64,000 bases of DNA from Bacilli bacterium (GTDB lineage Bacteria > Bacillota_I > Bacilli_A > RFN20 > CAG-826): contig JAFTDF010000030.1 in assembly GCA_017454295.1 (NCBI GenBank), positions 79,089 to 143,088 on the forward strand, in the 5' to 3' direction. Shown piece by piece: positions 58,111-64,000 of the stretch. Positions within the stretch are counted from its first letter, which is position 1; each line of letters begins with the position of its first letter. The notes under the pieces are model-generated. The model was given only the letters and a program-made list of their open reading frames with translations, was not told the DNA's origin and searched no databases. A program made the translations under genes and the position numbers.

Positions 58111-58830
58111 TTACTTATCTCCTTTCGCTTGGGCTTCCGGTGCGGGTTTCTTGAAATCTTCGGGCTTCTTTTTGCCGCGGAGGACCATGATCTTCTCATA
58201 GTTCTTCAAGGCGGAGAGACCGGCATCGGTGGCGCGGATGACGTTGATCGGGGCGCGGGAACCATAGACTTTGGAGACCACGTTCTTGACCCCGGCGAGT
58301 TCGAGGATGGCACGGACCGGGCCACCGGCGACGATACCGGTACCGGGACGAGCGGGTTTGAGGACGACCTTGGTGGAACCGAAGTTGCCTTCGACGTCAT
58401 GGGCGATGGTGTCGCCTTTGACGATCTGGATGCCCTTCATGTTCTTGCGGGCCTTCTCAAGGCCTTTCTTGATGGCATCGGGGACCTCACCGGATTTGGA
58501 GAGGGCGAAGCCGTAGCGGCCTTTCTGGTCGCCAACGACCACTAAAGCGGAGAAACGGACGTGTTTGCCGCCTTGGACGGTCTTGGAGATGCGGTTGATG
58601 TGGACGACGCGTTCGGCGTAGTCATCGGTGTTGCGTTGGAATCCACCACGACCACCACGACGTTCGGAGGGACGGCCTTTGTGGTCGCCACCCTTGCGGT
58701 CGCCAGGACGGGGGGCGGAGGCGGAACCATGGGGTTCATAGCCACGGCGCGGCGCTTGGTTTTCCTGTGCTTCTTCCGCGGGCTTGGCTTCTGCCTCGGG
58801 GGCAGCGGCGATTTTCTTTTCTTCTTCCAT
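58111..58830 (-). CDS. rpsE: 30S ribosomal protein S5 with ~70-aa low-complexity N-terminal extension
   Basis: The core starts at [29 protein letters not shown]. It is preceded by an Ala/Glu/Pro/Arg/Gly-rich segment with RGGRGG. Confidence 0.92.
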   Translation of the reverse strand: MEEEKKIAAAPEAEAKPAEEAQENQAPRRGYEPHGSASAPRPGDRKGGDHKGRPSERRGGRGGFQRNTDDYAERVVHINRISKTVQGGKHVRFSALVVVGDQKGRYGFALSKSGEVPDAIKKGLEKARKNMKGIQIVKGDTIAHDVEGNFGSTKVVLKPARPGTGIVAGGPVRAILELAGVKNVVSKVYGSRAPINVIRATDAGLSALKNYEKIMVLRGKKKPEDFKKPAPEAQAKGDK

Positions 58831-58841
58831 TGTTTCGCTCC

Positions 58842-59198
58842 TTAGAATTTGAGCCCGCCTTCACGGGCGGCGTCGGCTAACGCGGCGACGCGGCCATGGT
58901 AGAGGTAGCCACCACGGTCGAAGGCGATGAATTCGATGCCTTTGGCTTTGGCTTTTTCGGCCAAGTCGGCACCGACTTTGGCAGCGGCTTCGCAGTTGCC
59001 GCCATTGGCCAATTTGAGGGCCACAGAAGAGGAGGCGACTAAGGTGACGCCTTTGACGTCGTCGATGATCTGAGCTTCGATGTGCTTGTTGGAACGGAAG
59101 ACGCAGAGACGGGGTTTCTCGGCGGTACCGGTGACCTTGGCGCGAACACGAGCGTGCTTGCGAGCACGGACGACTTTGCGCGATTCTTTTGCGATCAT
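58842..59198 (-). CDS. rplR: 50S ribosomal protein L18
   Basis: [34 protein letters not shown]. Confidence 0.95.
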   Translation of the reverse strand: MIAKESRKVVRARKHARVRAKVTGTAEKPRLCVFRSNKHIEAQIIDDVKGVTLVASSSVALKLANGGNCEAAAKVGADLAEKAKAKGIEFIAFDRGGYLYHGRVAALADAAREGGLKF

Positions 59199-59215
59199 AG
59201 TGCTTTGGCCTCCTA

Positions 59216-59767
59216 TTACTTCTTACCACCCGCGGCACGCTTGCCTTCTTTGCGGATGATGTATTCGCCCTTGTACTTGATGCCTTTGCCACCATAGGGC
59301 TCAGGACGCTTGGTGTCGTGGATCAGGGCGGCGGTTTGGCCGACTTTCTGACGGTCGATGCCTTCCACGAGGATATGGGTATCGTCTTTGGCGGTGATCT
59401 TGACCCCTTCGACGGGCGCGATCACGACTTCGTGGGAGAAGCCCACGTTGAGGACGAGGGAGGTTCCCCGCATCGAGCAACGATAGCCGATGCCGGAGAT
59501 TTCGAGTTCTTTCTTGAAGCCCTCATGGACCCCGGTGACGGCGTTTTGGAGATTGGCGCGGACGGTACCGTGGTTTTCACGGGAACGCGGCTGATCATCC
59601 TTACGGGAAACGTGGATATGGCCGTCTTCCACCGCGACGCTGATGCAGTCTTTCGGGAAGGCTACACTTAATTCGCCTTTGGGGCCTTTGACGGCGACGG
59701 AGCCATCGTTGACGGTAACGGTGACGCCTTCAGGAAGAACGACGGGTTTCAATCCGATACGAGACAT
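59216..59767 (-). CDS. rplF: 50S ribosomal protein L6
   Basis: [19 protein letters not shown]... Confidence 0.95.
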   Translation of the reverse strand: MSRIGLKPVVLPEGVTVTVNDGSVAVKGPKGELSVAFPKDCISVAVEDGHIHVSRKDDQPRSRENHGTVRANLQNAVTGVHEGFKKELEISGIGYRCSMRGTSLVLNVGFSHEVVIAPVEGVKITAKDDTHILVEGIDRQKVGQTAALIHDTKRPEPYGGKGIKYKGEYIIRKEGKRAAGGKK

Positions 59768-59785
59768 AGTTGATTTCTTCCTTTC

Positions 59786-60181
59786 TTACCAGACGTAGCA
59801 GAGGATTTCTCCGCCGACGTGTTGCTTTCTGGCTTGTTTGTCGGTGAGCAAGCCGTTGGGGGTGCTCACGATGGCGATGCCGAGGCCTTTGAGGACGCTC
59901 GGGATCTTGTCGGCTTCCGCATAGCGGCGGAGGCCAGGTTTGGAGATGCGCTTGAGGTTGGTGATGACACGGTCCCCGGAAGCGCTGTACTTCAAGGTGA
60001 TGGTGAGGGTCTTCTTCCCGTCTTCCTCGGAGACCGAGCAATCGGTGATGAAGCCTTCGTTTTTGAGAATCGCGGCGATGCCTTCCTTGATTTTGGAGGA
60101 GGGCATAGAGACTTCCTCGTAACGCAAGGCGTTGGCGTTGCGGATGCGGGTGAGCATATCGGCGATAGGATCGGCGTGCAT
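59786..60181 (-). CDS. rpsH: 30S ribosomal protein S8
   Basis: [13 protein letters not shown] and the C-terminal GGEILCYVW. Confidence 0.95.
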   Translation of the reverse strand: MHADPIADMLTRIRNANALRYEEVSMPSSKIKEGIAAILKNEGFITDCSVSEEDGKKTLTITLKYSASGDRVITNLKRISKPGLRRYAEADKIPSVLKGLGIAIVSTPNGLLTDKQARKQHVGGEILCYVW

Positions 60182-60200
60182 GTTCTATTAACTCCTTTCT

Positions 60201-60386
60201 TTACCAAGAGGCTTTCTTCAAGCCGGGGATTTCGCCCTTGTAGGCGAGTTCGCGTAAGCAGATACGGCAGAGGCCGAATTTGCGGATGACGCCATGGGGG
60301 CGGCCGCAGCGCTTGCAGCGAGTATAGTTGCGAACGGCGTATTTCTTGGAGCGGTTCGCTTTGGCGATCAAACTTTTCTTAGCCAT
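60201..60386 (-). CDS. rpsN: 30S ribosomal protein S14 type Z (zinc-binding)
   Basis: 61 aa with CKRCGRP...CRIC. Confidence 0.93.
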   Translation of the reverse strand: MAKKSLIAKANRSKKYAVRNYTRCKRCGRPHGVIRKFGLCRICLRELAYKGEIPGLKKASW

Positions 60387-60397
60387 GTTCTCTCTCC

Positions 60398-60991
60398 TTA
60401 TTTACGGAAGGGCAAGCCAAGCTTTTCAAGCAAGGCGGCCGCTTCTTTGTCGCTTTGGGCGGTGGTCACAATGACGATGTCCATGCCACGGACTTTGGCG
60501 ACTTTGTCGTAGTCGATTTCGGGGAAGATCAATTGTTCTTTGACGCCGAGGGTGTAGTTGCCGTGACCATCGAAGGAGGTGCGGGAGATCCCACGGAAGT
60601 CGCGGACACGCGGAAGGGCGATGGAGACGAGCTTGTCGAGGAATTCATACATCCGGTCGCCGCGGAGGGTAACCTTGGCGCCGATGGATTGTCCTTCACG
60701 GAGCTTGAAGGTCGCGATGGACTTCTTGGCTTTGGTGATGACCGGCTTTTGTCCGGAGAGGATGGTGAGGTCGTTGACCGCATCATCGAGGACTTTGGAG
60801 TTTTGGGTGGCTTCGCCAACGCCCATGTTGATGACGATCTTCTCAAGGCGAGGGGCCATCATCGGGGTGCTATAGCCGAATTCTTTGATGAGTTCGGGGC
60901 GAATCACTTCGCGATATTTCTTTTCAAGACGGTTCATATCCGCCTTGGCGGGGGCCGCGGATTTCACGGTCTTAGCTTTGCTTTCAGCCAT
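60398..60991 (-). CDS. rplE: 50S ribosomal protein L5
   Basis: [21 protein letters not shown]...VINMGVGEA. Has a short N-terminal extension. Confidence 0.95.
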   Translation of the reverse strand: MAESKAKTVKSAAPAKADMNRLEKKYREVIRPELIKEFGYSTPMMAPRLEKIVINMGVGEATQNSKVLDDAVNDLTILSGQKPVITKAKKSIATFKLREGQSIGAKVTLRGDRMYEFLDKLVSIALPRVRDFRGISRTSFDGHGNYTLGVKEQLIFPEIDYDKVAKVRGMDIVIVTTAQSDKEAAALLEKLGLPFRK

Positions 60992-61008
60992 GTTCTACGA
61001 CTCCTTTC

Positions 61009-61314
61009 TTAGTCGAGGCTCTCGCCGGATTTGGCGAGGCGGACTTTCTTGCCTTTGACCACGCCGTAGTGGACGCGGGTCGGCTTCTTGGTCTTGGGAT
61101 CGATGAGAGCGACGTTGCTGGCATGGATCGGGACATAGACGTCGAGGACGCTTCCTTCGGGAACGGCCTGGGTGGGTTTCTTGTGTTTCTTGTGAACGTT
61201 GACACCTTCCACGACGACTTTATCGAGCTTGGGATAGACGCGTTGGACGATCCCTTCCTTGCCCTTGTCGGCGCCGGAGATGACGATGACCTTATCACCT
61301 TTTTTGATGTTCAT
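61009..61314 (-). CDS. rplX: 50S ribosomal protein L24
   Basis: [21 protein letters not shown] (KOW motif). Confidence 0.95.
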   Translation of the reverse strand: MNIKKGDKVIVISGADKGKEGIVQRVYPKLDKVVVEGVNVHKKHKKPTQAVPEGSVLDVYVPIHASNVALIDPKTKKPTRVHYGVVKGKKVRLAKSGESLD

Positions 61315-61329
61315 AATCTCATAACCTCC

Positions 61330-61698
61330 TTATAGCACCTCGACGGCAAGGGAGACGATTTTCATATACCCTTTGTCGCGGAGTTCGCGGGCGACCGGCC
61401 CGAAGACACGGGTACCCACGGGGTTGTTGTCGTTGTCGATGACGACGACGGCATTGTCGTCGAAGGCGATGGTGGAACCGTCTTTGCGTTGGATCGCGTG
61501 TTTGACGCGGACGATGACGCATTTGACGACGTCGCCTTTCTTGACTTTGGCGTTGGGGATGGCGTCCTTGACGGAGCAGAGGATGATATCGCCGATCGAA
61601 GAGGATTTGCGATGGCTGCCGCCATAGAGACGGAAGGCCCGGACGCTGCGGGCGCCGGAGTTATCGGCGACCACGAGATTGGTTTCGGTCTGGATCAT
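61330..61698 (-). CDS. rplN: 50S ribosomal protein L14
   Basis: [17 protein letters not shown]. Confidence 0.96.
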   Translation of the reverse strand: MIQTETNLVVADNSGARSVRAFRLYGGSHRKSSSIGDIILCSVKDAIPNAKVKKGDVVKCVIVRVKHAIQRKDGSTIAFDDNAVVVIDNDNNPVGTRVFGPVARELRDKGYMKIVSLAVEVL

Positions 61699-62030
61699 TA
61701 TTCTTCCTCCTTGATTTCGGAAGCGGATCCTTCGGCGGCTTCGAGGGAAGCCTCAACCTGGGAGACCGATTCTTTCACGGGGGCTTTCTTGTCGACCGAG
61801 ACGAGGCGGAATTTCTTCAGCTTCGAGATGGGACGGCAAGCCATGATGGTGACGACGTCGCCAAGACCGGCTTCGGACTTCTCATCATGGGCGTAATACT
61901 TTTTGGAATAGCCGACGCGCTTCTGATACAAGGGATCGTTGCGTTCGGTGGAGACGGTGACGACGATCGTTTTGGCCATCTTGACGGAAGTCACGACGCC
62001 TTGGATCGCAATACGATGATTTCTTTCCAT
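61698..62030 (-). CDS. rpsQ: 30S ribosomal protein S17 with acidic C-terminal tail
   Basis: The S17 core ([16 protein letters not shown]...YYAHDE...) is followed by about 30 aa ending EIKEEE. Confidence 0.92.
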   Translation of the reverse strand: MERNHRIAIQGVVTSVKMAKTIVVTVSTERNDPLYQKRVGYSKKYYAHDEKSEAGLGDVVTIMACRPISKLKKFRLVSVDKKAPVKESVSQVEASLEAAEGSASEIKEEE

Positions 62031-62042
62031 GTTGATGTCTCC

Positions 62043-62243
62043 TTATTTTTCGATGCCAAGCTCACGCTGACGCTTGACGGTTTCGGCCTTGGCGAGGTCC
62101 TTCCGCACGGAGCGGACGATTTCGCCATGCTCGAGTTGGCCCACCGCTTTCTTGCGGCGGAGTTCGAAGAGCTGTTCTTTCAGATCATAGATCTTTTGGT
62201 TGAGTTCTTCGGGAGTGAGTTCACGAAGTTCTTTGACTTGCAT
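62043..62243 (-). CDS. rpmC: 50S ribosomal protein L29
   Basis: VKELRELTPEELNQKIYDLKEQLFELR. Confidence 0.93.
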   Translation of the reverse strand: MQVKELRELTPEELNQKIYDLKEQLFELRRKKAVGQLEHGEIVRSVRKDLAKAETVKRQRELGIEK

Positions 62244-62245
62244 CG

Positions 62246-62668
62246 TTATTCTCCCTTCGTGTCAGCTTTGCTGACGACTTTGCATTTGACCGGGAGCTTG
62301 TAAGCGGCGAGGCGGAGGGCTTCGCGGCAGACTTCCGGAGCGGCACCACCGACTTCGAACATGACGGTGCCTTTCTTAACGACGGCCACCCAGCCTTCGG
62401 GGGAACCTTTCCCGGAACCCATACGGACTTCGGCCGGCTTCTTGGTCTTCGCCATGTGGGGGAAGATGCGGATCCAGACTTGTCCGGTACGGTCGGTGTA
62501 GCGGGAGAGGACGATACGGGCGGATTCGATTTGGTGGTCGGTGATGTAGTTACCTTCGAGGGCAACCAGACCATAATCCCCGAACTCAACGGTGGTTCCG
62601 CCTTTGGCGTGACCTTCGTATTTGAGGGAATGGGGACGACGGTACTTAACGCGCTTTGGCTGCAGCAT
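62246..62668 (-). CDS. rplP: 50S ribosomal protein L16
   Basis: [13 protein letters not shown]. Confidence 0.96.
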   Translation of the reverse strand: MLQPKRVKYRRPHSLKYEGHAKGGTTVEFGDYGLVALEGNYITDHQIESARIVLSRYTDRTGQVWIRIFPHMAKTKKPAEVRMGSGKGSPEGWVAVVKKGTVMFEVGGAAPEVCREALRLAAYKLPVKCKVVSKADTKGE

Positions 62669-63416
62669 TGTTCACATCTCCTTTCGGGCTCCGACGATCC
62701 CCACGGGGACCACGGTTTTCACGGCCTTCGCGGGAAGGCTGTTGGGGAGCCGGTTCATTGACGGTTTCGGTGCCGACTTTGTTTAAGGAGCGGCAGATCC
62801 AGACTTTCACGCCGATGTTGCCATAGGTGGTGGCGGCGTGGACGCTCGCGAAGTCGATATCGGCGCGGAGCGTGTGAAGGGGGACAACCCCTTCCTTGTA
62901 GCCTTCGGCACGGGCGATTTCGGCCCCACCGAGACGACCGGAGCAGAGGGTACGGCAGCCTTTGGCGCCGGCCTTGCGCATCCGGGTGATGGCTTTCTTC
63001 ATCGTGGAACGGAAGGCGGCACGGTTTTCGAGCTCGCTGGCGATCCATTTGGCGACGAGGGTGGCATCGAGGTCGGGATTCTTGACTTCGACGACGTCGA
63101 GGCGGAGGGAACCGGACTTGACGATTTTGTTGAGCTCCTTACGGAGACGGGCGACATTGCTGCCTTCCTGGCCGATGACGTCCCCCGGACGGGCGACGTA
63201 GACGGCGATGCGGGTGTCATGGCCTTTATCGGTTTTGACACGGCCGATTTCGATGCGGGAGAGCATCGCGTTTTTCAGTTCCTTGGTGAGGAAACGACGG
63301 ATTTTGATGTCCTCTTGGAGAAGCGTGGCGTAGTCTTTTTTGGAAGCAAACCATTTGGAATTCCAATCACGGTTGATTCCGACACGCATTCCGACGGGGT
63401 TGACTTTGTGTCCCAT
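62646..63416 (-). CDS. rpsC: 30S ribosomal protein S3 with basic C-terminal extension
   Basis: [13 protein letters not shown] start (ATG 63416). The KH and S3-C domains are followed by about 45 aa of P/R/G-rich tail. Overlaps rplP by 23 nt. Confidence 0.93.
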   Translation of the reverse strand: MGHKVNPVGMRVGINRDWNSKWFASKKDYATLLQEDIKIRRFLTKELKNAMLSRIEIGRVKTDKGHDTRIAVYVARPGDVIGQEGSNVARLRKELNKIVKSGSLRLDVVEVKNPDLDATLVAKWIASELENRAAFRSTMKKAITRMRKAGAKGCRTLCSGRLGGAEIARAEGYKEGVVPLHTLRADIDFASVHAATTYGNIGVKVWICRSLNKVGTETVNEPAPQQPSREGRENRGPRGDRRSPKGDVNNAAAKAR

Positions 63417-63434
63417 AGTTGTTCGCAATTCTCC

Positions 63435-63959
63435 TTATTTCTTTTCCTTCACCACCACGCTGATGTGGGCGGTGCGCTTGACGATGGATGAGGCAGAGCC
63501 TTTCGCTCTGGGGATGTAACGCTTCATCTTGAGGCCGTCACCGACTTGGATTTCGGCAACGTAGAGGGCGTTTTGATCCATCCCGAAGTTATTGACGGCA
63601 TTGGCGCTGGCGGAGCGGATGGCCTTTTCGACCGGGCTCTTGGCAACGCGGTTGCATCCGGCGAGGATCCCGAGGGCATCCTTCACGGATTTGCCACGGA
63701 CGAGGTCGGCGACGAGGCGGACCTTCCGCGGGGTGATGCGGACATCACGGGCGAAGGCGCGGGCTTCGGTGGCTTTGGGGGCTTCCGGAGCGGCTTTCTT
63801 TTCTTCTTTCTTCGCGGGTTTTTCCACTTTGGCAGGAGCCTTCTTGGCTTCAGCCTTGGGGGCTTTTTCCGCTTTCGGGGCAGCCGCCTTCTTGGCGGGG
63901 GCCTTCTTCGCGGTTTCCTTCTTTTCGGAGGACTTCACGGTTTTCTTTTCTTCAGCCAT
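63435..63959 (-). CDS. rplV: 50S ribosomal protein L22 with ~60-aa Lys/Ala/Pro-rich N-terminal extension
   Basis: The core starts near EARAFARDVRITPRKVRLVADLVRGK. It is preceded by repeats of the KKAPAKKAAAPKAEKAPKAEAKKAPAK type. Confidence 0.92.
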   Translation of the reverse strand: MAEEKKTVKSSEKKETAKKAPAKKAAAPKAEKAPKAEAKKAPAKVEKPAKKEEKKAAPEAPKATEARAFARDVRITPRKVRLVADLVRGKSVKDALGILAGCNRVAKSPVEKAIRSASANAVNNFGMDQNALYVAEIQVGDGLKMKRYIPRAKGSASSIVKRTAHISVVVKEKK

Positions 63960-63970
63960 GGTCGATCTCC

Positions 63971-64000
63971 TTATTTCTTGGCCTGATCACCGACGTTGTT
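63971..64000 (-). CDS. rpsS: 30S ribosomal protein S19, extreme C-terminus (gene continues beyond window)
   Basis: Only 9 codons plus the stop are visible (…NNVGDQAKK*). Called from its position upstream of rplV. Confidence 0.5.
   Translation of the reverse strand, partial: NNVGDQAKK

Overview
Chromosomal, mostly housekeeping window from a Bacillota/Mollicutes-like bacterium. GC is roughly 50-55% by eye, codons are strongly C/G-ending, and TGA is used as a stop, for example in rpmJ and tsaD. There are about 75 protein genes, nearly all on the minus strand, tightly packed with many overlapping stop/start codons.

Gene order, left to right:
- FMN riboswitch plus ribU (runs off the window).
- A nine-gene co-directional block, sufC-sufD-sufS-sufU-sufB-mnmG-rsmG-parA-parB.
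- Two translationally coupled PrsA-like lipoproteins, then a HIT protein.
- yhaM, recX, a GT4 glycolipid-type glycosyltransferase, a flippase-like membrane protein and galE.
- pcrA-ligA-gatCAB.
- A cluster of uncharacterised membrane proteins, asnS, tsaE/tsaB-rimI/tsaD and a DUF402 phosphatase.
- A PE-repeat membrane protein.
- A TPP riboswitch with an extended ThiT, thiamine pyrophosphokinase and ung.
- fakB-fakA (DegV/DAK2) and an alpha/beta hydrolase.
- A four-domain flavodiiron protein and cardiolipin synthase.
- An accessory-looking stretch: CotH-like lipoprotein, GGCT-like protein, BspA-type LRR lipoprotein and a small HEPN-like protein.
- The ribosomal spc/alpha cluster, rpsS(partial)-rplV...rplQ.

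I saw no rRNA, tRNA, CRISPR array, transposase or phage gene. I cannot point to a complete, clearly novel multi-gene system. The most unusual locus is 48.7-52.2 kb. There a (GT/AC)7 microsatellite sits between promoter hexamers upstream of a HEPN-like ORF and a surface LRR lipoprotein, next to a 235-nt structured GC-rich spacer.

Other points worth a second look:
- a ThiT with a roughly 160-aa extra membrane domain;
- a parvulin-like lipoprotein with a roughly 200-aa insertion;
- low-complexity extensions on several ribosomal proteins;
- -10 boxes recurring 6-8 nt from start codons, which suggests leaderless mRNAs.

All functional calls come from motif recognition by eye. No database search was run.
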